A stretch of 64,000 nt of DNA from a bacterium (GTDB lineage Bacteria > UBA8248): positions 1,344,001-1,408,000 of the forward strand of contig CBDBEV010000001.1 of the NCBI GenBank assembly GCA_965204535.1. Reading direction: 5' to 3'. Position numbers and translations under genes: made by a program. Numbering within the stretch: the first letter of the stretch is position 1; every line of letters starts with the position of its first letter. The notes under the pieces were generated by a model. That model was not told the DNA's origin. It searched no databases and saw nothing but the letters and a program-made list of their open reading frames with translations. Shown here piece after piece: positions 50,513 to 60,480 of this stretch.

Positions 50513-50863
50513 ATGCCCAAGACAGTGGATTGGTACTACCATCGCTCCGGCTGAAAGACCTGCGCCAAAACGCAAGCGTTTCTTGCGGAAAATGGAATCG
50601 AGGTATCCGAGCAGGCCAGTTCCAGAAAAGACGTGGTGGATGAGAACAACGTCGATTCGCTTCTGGACGGCGTGACGGACGTCTATTCGACCAGGAGCAG
50701 GAAGGTCATTCACCTGGATATCAAAAAAGCGAACCCTGCGCGCGAAGACGTGCTGGCGCTTTTGATGGGCCGCTCGGGCACGCTCAGGGCGCCGGTCATC
50801 AAACATCGCAGCGCCCTCATCGTCGGCTTCGACGCGGAAACGTATTCACAGGTTTTGACGTAA
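50513..50863 (+). CDS. ArsC/Spx-like thioredoxin-fold selenoprotein (UxxC; in-frame TGA at 50552-50554)
   Basis: RBS GAGGAG, then MPKTVDWYYHRSG-TGA-KTCAKTQAFL... reading in frame into the ORF-track peptide 50633-50863 with GRSGTLRAP...LIVGF; hairpin downstream of the TGA. Confidence 0.85.
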
Positions 50864-50879
50864 ATCTTCTCTGGGTGTC

Positions 50880-52334
50880 TCAGAGGGCCAACTGGCCCTC
50901 GGTGGGTTCCGCTCAGCAGAACCACGATTCGGTCAAACGGGGCGGGCGGATTCGGTCGGGCGCGAAGGCGGCCTTTGGCTGCTCTTGATCGGGGCGTTCG
51001 AGAACCTCGGCCGCCAATTCGCGAATCCTCGCAAAAGTCACGGCGGCGTCCTCTTGGCGAGTGGCAGCGTCCTCCACGAGAGTGAGCGCCTCCTGGTGCA
51101 GCTTGTCCATTCGCGCGTCGGGATGCGCCCAGCGGTAGATGAAATTCTCGGCGTCGAGTTCGGTGATGTATCTCTTCATGTGGGGGGAGTCGAGTAAATG
51201 GGAACCCGGCGGCACCAGTAGCCGGATGGCCATCTGAATCGGGTCGACCTCGTCGATCAAGGCGTTTTCTTCAATGAAATCAAGCAAGTCGAAATAATCC
51301 TGCGCGCTTGTCCACGGCGTGAATGCGACCAGAGACGGCCTGATGGAAACGCGCGCCTCCCGGGCGGCTTTCACGACGCGGAAGACGTCCTCCCTGTTGT
51401 GCCCTTTTACCAGATGACCAAGGACGAGGTCGCTCAGAGACTCCACCGCGGTAATGATAAACGCGCATCCGTTATCTCTAAACTCCGGCAGAAGCTCCTC
51501 GTGCTTGATGAGGTGCTCGACCTTGGCCGTGAAGTCGAAGGTGAGCGAGGGAAACCGCTCGTGCATGGCGCGGGCGACCCGGAGCGCATGAGCGGGGCCG
51601 TTCAGGAAATCCGGGTCCGCAAAGGTGATGTGGCGCGCGCCTTGCGCCGCCAGGTCTTCGATGTCTTCCAGAACTTTGTCCTGCGGCACGACGAAGAAAC
51701 GGCCCTCATACACCGGCGGAATGGGGCAATGGAGGCACAAGTGCTTGCAGCCTCGGCTCGCTTCGACGGCGCCCGCAGGATAATGCTGCCCCTCCTTCAC
51801 GAGATGGGCGTATGCCTGAAGCGCGGGCAATCCTTCCCGGTCAGGTTTGAGCAGGGGGATTTTTTCGAGATACGGGCCGGATGTTCGCTCTCTCGTGGCC
51901 GCGCCGGCTACTTCAATGTTCCCCGAGGCTTGGGACAGTTCTTGAACGAGCCTCACGAGCGGAAGCTCGAACTCACCGCCGATCGCCGAATCCCCGCCGT
52001 TCTCAAGCAGATAGCCCTTGTTGAGCAGGCCGTATAGGCCATAGAAACAGATGTGGCACCCCGGGTTCGCCTCGCGTACTTTCGCCGCGACTTCCACGCC
52101 GAGCCTGAGCGCGGTGTGCATCGGTACGCTGATGCCGACGAATTTGGCATTTTCGATTTTTTGTGGGGAGAAGTCCTCCGCCGCAACGTCCATCGCCCGG
52201 GGACGAAAGCCCGCTTTGCGCAAAAAAGCCAGGGGCGAGGCGACGGCCAGGGGCTGGTGACCCAACTCGTAACACGAGACGAGGACGACGGCGCCGGGCG
52301 CTCGCCACTCCGAAGCCTTATCGGTTCGGTTCAC
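50880..52334 (-). CDS. CUAEP-tail B12-binding radical SAM selenoprotein (in-frame TGA at 50915-50913)
   Basis: N-terminal cobalamin-binding-like domain, CKHLCLHC (CxxxCxxC); C-terminus PRLTESWFC-TGA-AEPTEGQLAL-stop; hairpin 12 nt after the TGA. GTG start inferred. Confidence 0.85.
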
Positions 52335-52356
52335 GGCGAAATCTCTCGTTCGGCAC

Positions 52357-52388
52357 AAAAAAAGCCCCGGGCGCATGATGCCCGGGGC
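52357..52388 (-). terminator. Intrinsic terminator after iscA
   Basis: Minus strand GCCCCGGGC-ATCATGC-GCCCGGGGC followed by a T-run. Confidence 0.8.
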
Positions 52389-52406
52389 ACATAAAGCATT
52401 GTTTTA

Positions 52407-52790
52407 TCACGTAGTGAACGATTTTCCGCAGCCGCACATGCCCATGGCGTTGGGGTTGTTGATCTTGAAGCCCGAGCCCTGGAGGCTGTCGATGAAGTCG
52501 ATTTCCGTGCCCGCGATGACGGGATAACTCTGGGGGTCCACGAACACGTCGAAGCCATCGGCGGAGAACACTTTATCCTCGGGGTTGGCGGATTCCTCGA
52601 AATACAGGCCATAGTTGTAACCCGAGCAACCGCCGGCGGTGACGGCCAGCCTGAGGCCGTGGCCGCTCTTGCCTTCCGCCTCGAGAATCTCGGCGACCTT
52701 CTTGTTGGCGAGCGGCGTAACCGTAATGCCTTCAAGGGCTTGGGGTTTCTTTTGGGACTGATCGAACAGCGTGACCGTTCCATCCGACAT
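52407..52790 (-). CDS. A-type Fe-S cluster carrier (IscA/ErpA/HesB)
   Basis: GGCSGYNY, GFKINNPN, CGCGKSF. Confidence 0.95.
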   Translation of the reverse strand: MSDGTVTLFDQSQKKPQALEGITVTPLANKKVAEILEAEGKSGHGLRLAVTAGGCSGYNYGLYFEESANPEDKVFSADGFDVFVDPQSYPVIAGTEIDFIDSLQGSGFKINNPNAMGMCGCGKSFTT

Positions 52791-53015
52791 CGGTTGTTTC
52801 TCCTTGACCTTGATAAGGGCTGTTGTGATTTATCGATTTATCGTTATGACCACATACCAAATATACCTCATTTCGCCTTTTTTGCAAAGGCTTGTTCCCG
52901 ATATATCCTTGAAATACAGGCTTGTTCAAGGATGAAGGCGCTTAGTCTTTCCAGAGTGGGCAGGGGAACCCCCTGGGGCATATCGAAAAATTATACATGA
53001 CATACCTTATAAAAC

Positions 53016-53044
53016 TTGACAATAAAAGACTAAGATATTATATT
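53016..53044 (+). promoter_or_regulatory. Putative sigma70 promoter of clpB
   Basis: TTGACA-17 nt-TATATT in an AT-rich divergent intergenic region. Confidence 0.7.
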
Positions 53045-53193
53045 TTTCTTGCGTCATAAAGCCTTGGCCGCCTCCAATATAACGGAATTGACGGGGTTTC
53101 AGGCGCCGGGAAATTTATCGAAATACGGTGGAAATTTATCGATATTTATCGAAATTTTCATCAATTCCACCGGGAAATTCGGAGCACACCCTC

Positions 53194-55824
53194 ATGAATT
53201 TTGAGCAATTCACCCACAAGACGCAAGAGGCCCTCCAGCATGCCCAGGAGTCGGCCCAGACGAGAGGCCACCAGGGCGTCACGCCCGCGCACGTAATCCT
53301 CGCGCTTCTGAGTCAGCCAGAAGGCGTGCTGGCCCCTCTGCTCGAAAAGGCGGGGCTGAAAGTCCACGTCTTAAGCCGCGAACTCGAAGCCTCGCTCGAG
53401 AAGCTCCCGAAAGTCGCCGCAAACGGCGGGCCCATTTATGTCACGCAGGAGTTGGCGACGCTCTTCCAGGCGGCCCAGCGCGAGGCGAAGGCCATGACGG
53501 ATGAATACGTGAGCGGCGAGCACCTCCTTCTCGCCGCGCTTGAGAACGGCGGCGCGGATGTCGTGAACATCCTGCGCGCCGCGGGTCTCGACCGCGAGAC
53601 CGCCCTCACGGCGCTCAAGGAGGTCCGCGGAAGCCAGCGCATCACCGATCAGAACGCGGAGAGCCGCTACCAGGCGCTCGAGCGTTTCGCCGTCGACCTC
53701 ACCGCGCAGGCCCGCTCCGGCAAGCTCGACCCCGTCGTGGGCCGCGAGGAGGAGATAAGGCGCGTCATGCAGGTGCTCTCCCGGCGCACGAAGAACAACC
53801 CGGTGCTCATCGGAGACCCCGGCGTGGGCAAGACCGCCATCGTCGAGGGACTCGCCCAGCGCATCGTGAACGGCGACGTGCCCGAGGGCCTGAAACGCAA
53901 GCGCCTGCTCAGTCTCGACATGGGTTCGCTCGTCGCGGGTTCGAAGTTCCGGGGCGAGTTCGAGGACAGGCTCAAGGCCGTGCTCAAGGAAGTGAGCGAA
54001 TCGGCCGGCGAGATCGTCTTGTTCATCGACGAGCTTCACACCGTCGTGGGCGCGGGCGCAGCGGAGGGGGCGGTGGACGCCTCGAACCTCCTGAAGCCTG
54101 CGCTCGCCCGTGGAGAGCTTCACTGCGTGGGCGCCACCACGCTGGATGAATACCGGAAACACATCGAGAAGGACGCGGCGCTCGAGCGGCGCTTTCAGCC
54201 GGTGGTGGTGGACGAACCCGGCATGGAGGACGCCGTCTCCATCCTGCGGGGTCTCAAGGAGAGATACGAGATTCACCACGGCGTCCGCATTCTGGACAAT
54301 GCCCTCGTCGCCGCCGTCGCGCTCTCGCATCGCTACATCAGCGACCGCCATCTGCCGGACAAGGCCATCGACCTGATAGACGAGGCCGCGAGCGGCCTGC
54401 GGCTCGAACTGGACAGCCTGCCCAAGGACATCGACCGGCAGGAGCGCGAGCTTCTCAGGCTCCGAATCGAGGAGCGCGCTCTCGAAGGCGAACAGGACGA
54501 GGGCAGCCGGGAGCGTCTTTCGCAGATACGCGAGCAGATATCCACTCTCGATGAGCAGAGCAGCGCCCGGAGAAGCAAATGGGCGGAAGAGAAAGAGGAG
54601 ATATCGCGGGTCCGCGAACTCAAGGAGCGCGTCGAGGCGATGAAGGCCGAGGCCCAGCGCGCCGAGCGCGAGGGAGATCTGGGCCGGGCGGCGGAGCTTC
54701 GCTACGGCGGGATTATCGCGGCCGAGAAGGAATTGGCCGAGGCGGAGGAAGAACTCGAAAAAAGGACCAACGGCCGCATGTTGAAAGAAGAGATCACCGA
54801 GGACGACGTGGCCGCCGTCGTGAGCCGCTGGACGGGGGTCAACGTAAGCAGGCTCCTGGAGACGGAGCGGGAGAAGCTCCTGCGCATGGAGGAGAACATC
54901 CACAAGCGCGTCGTGGGCCAGGACCGGGCGGTGGAGGCCCTCTCCGAAGCCGTGCGCCGCGCCCGCGCGGGCATCATGGACGAGAACCGGCCCATCGGCT
55001 CGTTCATCTTCCTGGGCCCCACCGGCGTGGGCAAGACCGAACTCGCCCGCGCGCTCGCGGAATTCCTGTTCGACGACGAGTCGGCGATGGTTCGCGTGGA
55101 CATGAGCGAATACATGGAAAAACACGCCGCCGCCAGACTCATCGGCGCGCCGCCCGGCTACGTCGGCTACGAGGAGGGGGGGCAGCTTACCGAAGCCGTC
55201 CGCAGGAAACCCTACTCGGTGGTGCTTCTGGACGAGATTGAAAAGGCGCACCCCGAGACCTTCCACCTGCTCCTCCAACTGCTCGATGACGGGAGGCTCA
55301 CGGACGGGCACGGCCGCACGGTCGATTTCCGAAACGCCGTCATCATCATGACGAGCAACGTCGGCACCGATGAGCTTTCGCGGAACGAGATCGGCTTCGT
55401 CGGAGGCGGTATACAGGAAATTGACCAGTCCAACGGATTGCTCGCGTCGCTTGGCAGGGTGTTCCGCCCCGAGTTCCTGAACCGCGTCGATGAGATCATC
55501 GTCTTCCGCGCGCTCACGAAAGAGCAGATCGCAGATATCGTGGAACTCCAGTTGCGGGATTTGGAAAAACGCCTGGAAGCCCAGAAGATCAGGCTGCGCT
55601 TGACGGACGCCGCCAGGAGCTTCCTGGCCGAGCGCGGCTACGACCCGGTCTACGGGGCGCGGCCGCTGAAGCGGGCGATTCAGACTTATCTGATGAACCC
55701 GCTCAGCAAGAAGCTCCTCGCCGGGGAATTCGAAACCGGAGAAACCGTGGAGGCGGACCACCCGGAGGGAGCGGATGCGCTCGCCTTCGCCGTCCTCATG
55801 GAAGCCGAAGCGGTGAAGACTTGA
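53194..55824 (+). CDS. clpB: ATP-dependent chaperone ClpB
   Basis: Two AAA modules ([16 protein letters not shown]), middle coiled coil with [15 protein letters not shown]. Confidence 0.97.
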   Translation: MNFEQFTHKTQEALQHAQESAQTRGHQGVTPAHVILALLSQPEGVLAPLLEKAGLKVHVLSRELEASLEKLPKVAANGGPIYVTQELATLFQAAQREAKAMTDEYVSGEHLLLAALENGGADVVNILRAAGLDRETALTALKEVRGSQRITDQNAESRYQALERFAVDLTAQARSGKLDPVVGREEEIRRVMQVLSRRTKNNPVLIGDPGVGKTAIVEGLAQRIVNGDVPEGLKRKRLLSLDMGSLVAGSKFRGEFEDRLKAVLKEVSESAGEIVLFIDELHTVVGAGAAEGAVDASNLLKPALARGELHCVGATTLDEYRKHIEKDAALERRFQPVVVDEPGMEDAVSILRGLKERYEIHHGVRILDNALVAAVALSHRYISDRHLPDKAIDLIDEAASGLRLELDSLPKDIDRQERELLRLRIEERALEGEQDEGSRERLSQIREQISTLDEQSSARRSKWAEEKEEISRVRELKERVEAMKAEAQRAEREGDLGRAAELRYGGIIAAEKELAEAEEELEKRTNGRMLKEEITEDDVAAVVSRWTGVNVSRLLETEREKLLRMEENIHKRVVGQDRAVEALSEAVRRARAGIMDENRPIGSFIFLGPTGVGKTELARALAEFLFDDESAMVRVDMSEYMEKHAAARLIGAPPGYVGYEEGGQLTEAVRRKPYSVVLLDEIEKAHPETFHLLLQLLDDGRLTDGHGRTVDFRNAVIIMTSNVGTDELSRNEIGFVGGGIQEIDQSNGLLASLGRVFRPEFLNRVDEIIVFRALTKEQIADIVELQLRDLEKRLEAQKIRLRLTDAARSFLAERGYDPVYGARPLKRAIQTYLMNPLSKKLLAGEFETGETVEADHPEGADALAFAVLMEAEAVKT

Positions 55825-55838
55825 ATGCTCCCGGATGC

Positions 55839-56134
55839 GGGGTTGTAGAAAAACCCGCGGAAGGAGAATTCGGTTTTGTAGGGGCCGCATATGGGGTTGT
55901 TGAAAAAGTCCCGTGGAGCGATTTTGGTTGAGCGCACGCTTTTGAAGTTCACTCCCCCCTTGAGGGGGAGTCGAAGAGCTAAGGGCGTAAGCCCGCAAGC
56001 GATTCGGTGGGGGGTATAATTCGGAATGGCGATAAAACGCATTTTACCCCCCACCGATTCAGCCTTCGCATAGAACGCTCGGCTTCTGTCGGGCTTTCCC
56101 CTCGGGAAGCCCGACCCCCTCAAGGGGGGAGTGA
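55839..56134. mobile_element. Nested MITE/REP composite
   Basis: TIR-like GGGGTTGTAGAAAAA, half REP GTAGGGGCCGCATAT interrupted at 55893 by a reverse-complement copy of the 19.5 kb element. Confidence 0.75.
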
Positions 56135-56241
56135 AAAAACCAGGCACGGGAGAGTAGTTTTGCAGAGGGAGTTATGAATTGATCGGCAGGGAAGTCATCA
56201 ACTCTAATATATACTTCGCGTTTGGATAAGGAGAAAGTTTG

Positions 56242-58161
56242 ATGTCGAAGGTAATCGGAATTGATTTGGGCACCACCAACTCGGTCGTCTCCGTCATGGA
56301 GGGTGGGCAGCCTACGGTCATCGCCAACCAGGAGGGCAACCGCACGACGCCCAGCGTCGTGGCGTTCACCGACGACGGGGAGAAGCTCGTCGGCCTCGTG
56401 GCCAAGCGCCAGGCGGTGACCAACCCGACCAAGACCATCTATTCCGCAAAACGCTTCATGGGCAGGCGTTTCGCCGAGGTGCCCGAAGAGGTCACCATCG
56501 TGCCCTATGAGGTCGTGAAGTCGGACAGCGGCGACGCGCGCATCCGGATCGACGGCAAGGAGCACGCCCCGCCCGAGATATCGGCGAGCGTGCTGCAAAA
56601 GCTCAAACAGGCCGCGGAGGACTACCTGGGCGAGCAGGTGACCGAGGCGGTCGTCACGGTGCCCGCGTATTTCAACGACAGCCAGCGCCAGGCGACGAAG
56701 GACGCCGGAAAAATCGCAGGCCTCAACGTCCAGCGCATTATCAACGAACCGACGGCCGCCGCCCTCGCCTACGGACTCGACAAGAAGGCGGATCAGACCA
56801 TCGCGGTCTATGACTTCGGCGGGGGCACGTTCGACATCTCCATCCTCGAGGTGGGGGACAACGTGGTCGAGGTGAAGGCCACGAACGGCGACACGCACCT
56901 GGGCGGCGACAACATCGACCACCGGATCATCGAGTGGATGGCCGAGGAGTTCAAGAAGGATCAGGGAATCGACATCTCCGGCGACCCCATGGCGCTTCAG
57001 CGCCTGCGCGAGGAATCCGAGAAGGCGAAGATCGAGCTTTCGAGTTCGATGGAGACGACCATCAACCTGCCGTTCATCACGGCGGACGCCTCGGGCCCCA
57101 AGCACCTGAACCTGAAGCTCACGCGCGCGAAACTCGAGCAGCTGACCGGCGATCTGGTCGAGAAGACGCTGGGTCCCTGCCGGCGCGCGCTCGATGACGC
57201 CAAGGTCCAGCCCGGCGACATCGACGAGGTCGTGCTGGTGGGCGGCTCCACGCGGATGCCGCTGGTGCAGGAGACGGTGGAGAAATTCTTCGGAAAAGAG
57301 CCCCACAAGGGTGTGAATCCCGACGAGGTCGTGGCGGTCGGCGCGGGTGTTCAGGGCGGCGTGCTCGCCGGAGACGTGAAGGACGTGCTGTTGCTGGACG
57401 TCACCCCGCTCTCCTTGGGCATCGAGACGCTCGGCGGCGTGTCCACCAGGCTCATCGAGCGCAACACGACGATTCCCGTCAAGAAGAGCGAGACCTTCTC
57501 GACCGCGGCGGACAACCAGCCCTCCGTCGAGGTGCACGTCTTACAGGGCGAGCGCGAGATGGCCTCGGGCAACCGCTCGCTGGGCAAGTTCCATCTCGTC
57601 GGCATTCCCGCCGCGCCCCGGGGCGTTCCCCAGATCGAGGTGACGTTCGACATCGACGCCAACGGCATCGTGAACGTCTCCGCCAAGGATCTGGGCACCG
57701 GCAAGGAGCAGGCGATCACCATCACGAGTTCGAGCGGCCTCTCCGAGGATGAGATCAACAACATGGTGGCCGATGCGGACGAGCACGCCGAGGAGGACAA
57801 GAAACGCCGCGAGGCCGTCGAGGCGAGGAACATGGCCGACAGCATGGCGTACAGCACGGAGAAGATGCTCAAGGAGAACGAGGAGAAGGTGTCGGCCGAA
57901 GACAAGAAAGAGATAGAAGACGCCATCGCCGCGCTCCGGGCGGTTCTCGCGAAAGAGGACGCGACGGTGGAGGAGATCAAGGAAGCGCAGGAAAAACTGG
58001 AGGCGGCCTCGCACAAGCTCGCGCAGGCGATGTACGAACAGGCGAGTCAGGCCGGCGACGGCCCCGCCGAGACGCCTGAGTCCGGCGGCGGTGAGAACGG
58101 CGCGCCCGCGGGCGACGTCGTGGATGCGGAGTTCGAGGAGGTGGACAAGGACAAGTCCTGA
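56242..58161 (+). CDS. dnaK: Chaperone DnaK
   Basis: [34 protein letters not shown]. Confidence 0.99.
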   Translation: MSKVIGIDLGTTNSVVSVMEGGQPTVIANQEGNRTTPSVVAFTDDGEKLVGLVAKRQAVTNPTKTIYSAKRFMGRRFAEVPEEVTIVPYEVVKSDSGDARIRIDGKEHAPPEISASVLQKLKQAAEDYLGEQVTEAVVTVPAYFNDSQRQATKDAGKIAGLNVQRIINEPTAAALAYGLDKKADQTIAVYDFGGGTFDISILEVGDNVVEVKATNGDTHLGGDNIDHRIIEWMAEEFKKDQGIDISGDPMALQRLREESEKAKIELSSSMETTINLPFITADASGPKHLNLKLTRAKLEQLTGDLVEKTLGPCRRALDDAKVQPGDIDEVVLVGGSTRMPLVQETVEKFFGKEPHKGVNPDEVVAVGAGVQGGVLAGDVKDVLLLDVTPLSLGIETLGGVSTRLIERNTTIPVKKSETFSTAADNQPSVEVHVLQGEREMASGNRSLGKFHLVGIPAAPRGVPQIEVTFDIDANGIVNVSAKDLGTGKEQAITITSSSGLSEDEINNMVADADEHAEEDKKRREAVEARNMADSMAYSTEKMLKENEEKVSAEDKKEIEDAIAALRAVLAKEDATVEEIKEAQEKLEAASHKLAQAMYEQASQAGDGPAETPESGGGENGAPAGDVVDAEFEEVDKDKS

Positions 58162-58185
58162 TAGTCCTGCCCGGATGAGGACGGT

Positions 58186-59139
58186 ATGCCTAAGCGTGAT
58201 TATTACGAGGTGCTGGGAATCGACCGGAGCGCCTCGGAAGCGGAACTGAAGCGCGCCTTCAAGAAGCTGGCGCGGACGTATCACCCCGACGTGAACCCGG
58301 GGGATGCGAAGGCCGAGGAGCGCTTCAAGGAGATCAGCGAGGCCTACGCCGTCATCTCGGACCCCGAGAAGCGCAGAAAATACGACGCCATGGGACACGC
58401 CGCCTTCGGCGGGGGCAGTCCCTGGGGCGAGGGCGCCCCGCCGGGCATGGAGGACATCCTGCGCGAATTCGGCCTGGGCGATATTTTCGGCGGGATTTTC
58501 GGCGGCGCGCGCGGCGGTGCGGCGCGCGGCGGTTTCCACGCGCAGCCTCAGGCCCCCCGGAAGGGTCAGGACGTGAACTACTCGATGGAGATCGGTTTCG
58601 ACGATTCCCTGAAGGGGCTCAACACCACCATCACCGTGCCCAAGACCACGAACGAGAACGGGAAAATACAGCACACCACCGAGCGCATTCAGGTGAAGAT
58701 ACCGCCCGGCGTCTCGAACGGCTCGCGCATCCGCCTGGCGGGCAAGGGGGAAACCTCGCTGAACGGGGGACCGCAGGGGGACCTCTTCATCGTCACAAAG
58801 GTGCGCGAACACCCCTTCTTCGAGCGCAAGGGGGATAATCTGTATCTCGAACTTCCCGTCAGCCTCGGCGAGGCGCTGCTGGGCGCGCGCGTGGAGATCA
58901 ACACCTTCGAGGGGGTGACGAAGATGACGATTCCCCCTTCGACCCAGAACGGCCAGGTTTTCAGGCTTTCGGGAAAGGGCGCTCCGAAACTCAAGGGCTC
59001 GGGCAAGGGCGATTTGTTCATCAGGGTCCAGGTCTTGTTGCCCGATCAGATGGATGAGGAGAGCAGGGAGATCGTCCGCGAACTCGAACGGCGCAACCCC
59101 ACGTCGCCGCGTGCGAACATGACGGGCGTGAGCATGTAG
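58186..59139 (+). CDS. Type II J-domain chaperone without zinc finger (CbpA-like)
   Basis: HPD J-domain, G/F region, DnaJ C-terminal domains; no CxxCxGxG. Confidence 0.9.
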   Translation: MPKRDYYEVLGIDRSASEAELKRAFKKLARTYHPDVNPGDAKAEERFKEISEAYAVISDPEKRRKYDAMGHAAFGGGSPWGEGAPPGMEDILREFGLGDIFGGIFGGARGGAARGGFHAQPQAPRKGQDVNYSMEIGFDDSLKGLNTTITVPKTTNENGKIQHTTERIQVKIPPGVSNGSRIRLAGKGETSLNGGPQGDLFIVTKVREHPFFERKGDNLYLELPVSLGEALLGARVEINTFEGVTKMTIPPSTQNGQVFRLSGKGAPKLKGSGKGDLFIRVQVLLPDQMDEESREIVRELERRNPTSPRANMTGVSM

Positions 59140-59194
59140 TCATGGGCGGATGCCGGCGTGGGCAGACATATGACGAGAGGCTCAGGAGAGGATA

Positions 59195-59602
59195 ATGGCG
59201 CGTAGAGGCGTGAGGGACGGGCGCTACACCATCAGCGCGGTGGCCGAGATGTTCGAGATACACCAGCAGACGCTCAGGATGTATGAGCGCCAGGGTCTCA
59301 TCGAACCGGGCCGCAGCGAGGGCGGGACGCGCTATTACTCCGAGGAAGATATCGATCAACTCGAAGTCATCATGGCGCTCACGCGGGACATGGGCGTGAA
59401 CCTGGCGGGCGTGCAGGTCATCATCGAGCTTCGCGATAAGCTGATGAGCGCGCTCGAGCGCCTGGGCGAACTCGAGGAACTGATCGAGAGCCGGGCGTTC
59501 GAGGAATTCCGTGAGCAGATGAACAACGCGACCCCAGAGATGCAGGCCATGATACCTTCGGTCGCCGCCAAACTCGTGCGTGTCAGGAGGAGGCGGTTGT
59601 GA
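59195..59602 (+). CDS. hspR: MerR-family heat-shock repressor HspR
   Basis: [47 protein letters not shown]; follows the cbpA-like gene in the dnaK operon. Confidence 0.88.
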   Translation: MARRGVRDGRYTISAVAEMFEIHQQTLRMYERQGLIEPGRSEGGTRYYSEEDIDQLEVIMALTRDMGVNLAGVQVIIELRDKLMSALERLGELEELIESRAFEEFREQMNNATPEMQAMIPSVAAKLVRVRRRRL

Positions 59603-60459
59603 GCACGAATTCCATAAAATCCTTTTTGCTGCTCGGTCTGTTGACGGGGCTGATCCTGCTCATCGGGAATCTCCTCGGCGGGACGACCGGGCTGGTCATC
59701 GCCCTGGTGCTCGCGGTGGGCATCAACGGCTACAGCTACTGGTATTCGGACAAAATCGTTCTCGCCAGCACGGGCGCGAACGAGGTGCTTCCCGAACATG
59801 CGCCCGAACTCTACGGCATGGTGGCGGACCTCGCGCGGCGCGCGAACCTGCCCATGCCGCGCGTCTACGTCATTCCCGAGGATGCGCCGAACGCGTTCGC
59901 CACGGGCAGGAACCCCGAGAACGCCGCCGTCGCCTTCACCGAGGGAATTTTGCACGATCTCAATCGTGAGGAACTCGAAGGCGTGGCCGCGCACGAACTC
60001 GCCCACATCAAGAACCGCGACATTCTTCTGAGCACCATCGCCGCCTCCCTGGCGGGCGCCATTATGTATCTCGCGCAGATGGCGCAGTTCGCCGCGTTCT
60101 TCGGCGCCTACGGCAGGGACGACGACGAGGAGGGCGGAGGGGGCGGCCTGCTGGGCATCATCGTCGCCGCCATCGTGGCGCCCATTGCGGCGACGCTGCT
60201 CCAGATGGCGGTGAGCCGCTCGCGCGAGTATCTCGCCGACGCCACGGGCGCGCAAATCGCGGGCACGCCGGTGGGTCTTGCGAACGCCCTGCATCGACTG
60301 GACGAGGCCGCCCACCGCGAGGAACTCCACTGCGCGAGCGAGGCGACCGCCCACATGTATATCGTCAACCCGCTTGCGGGAGGCGGCCTGGCGAATCTGT
60401 TCAGCACGCACCCGCCGATGGAGGAGCGGATTCGGCGGCTGATGGAAATGAGATATTAG
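59599..60459 (+). CDS. htpX: Zinc metalloprotease HtpX
   Basis: [30 protein letters not shown]. Confidence 0.96.
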   Translation: MSTNSIKSFLLLGLLTGLILLIGNLLGGTTGLVIALVLAVGINGYSYWYSDKIVLASTGANEVLPEHAPELYGMVADLARRANLPMPRVYVIPEDAPNAFATGRNPENAAVAFTEGILHDLNREELEGVAAHELAHIKNRDILLSTIAASLAGAIMYLAQMAQFAAFFGAYGRDDDEEGGGGGLLGIIVAAIVAPIAATLLQMAVSRSREYLADATGAQIAGTPVGLANALHRLDEAAHREELHCASEATAHMYIVNPLAGGGLANLFSTHPPMEERIRRLMEMRY

Positions 60460-60480
60460 GATCCGGGAGGAAGTCGTTTC

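Noticed and set aside
52335-52376. ATG 52376 as the radical SAM start
   Set aside because: It lies inside the iscA terminator hairpin; GTG 52334 is more plausible.
42254-52790. Selenocysteine in the glutaredoxin-like protein or IscA/HesB
   Set aside because: Both have ordinary Cys codons and no in-frame TGA at the redox motifs.
53128-53193. N-terminal extension of ClpB from GTG 53128
   Set aside because: It translates the phased AT repeat; ATG 53194 has an RBS and gives a canonical ClpB start.
56160-56241. HAIR or CIRCE element upstream of dnaK
   Set aside because: Only a weak half-site (ACTCTAA) with the wrong spacing; not supportable.
53371-58812. Long antisense ORFs opposite clpB and dnaK (875, 492 and 423 aa)
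   Set aside because: Shadow frames produced by GC-rich codon bias; the sense strand encodes unambiguous chaperones.
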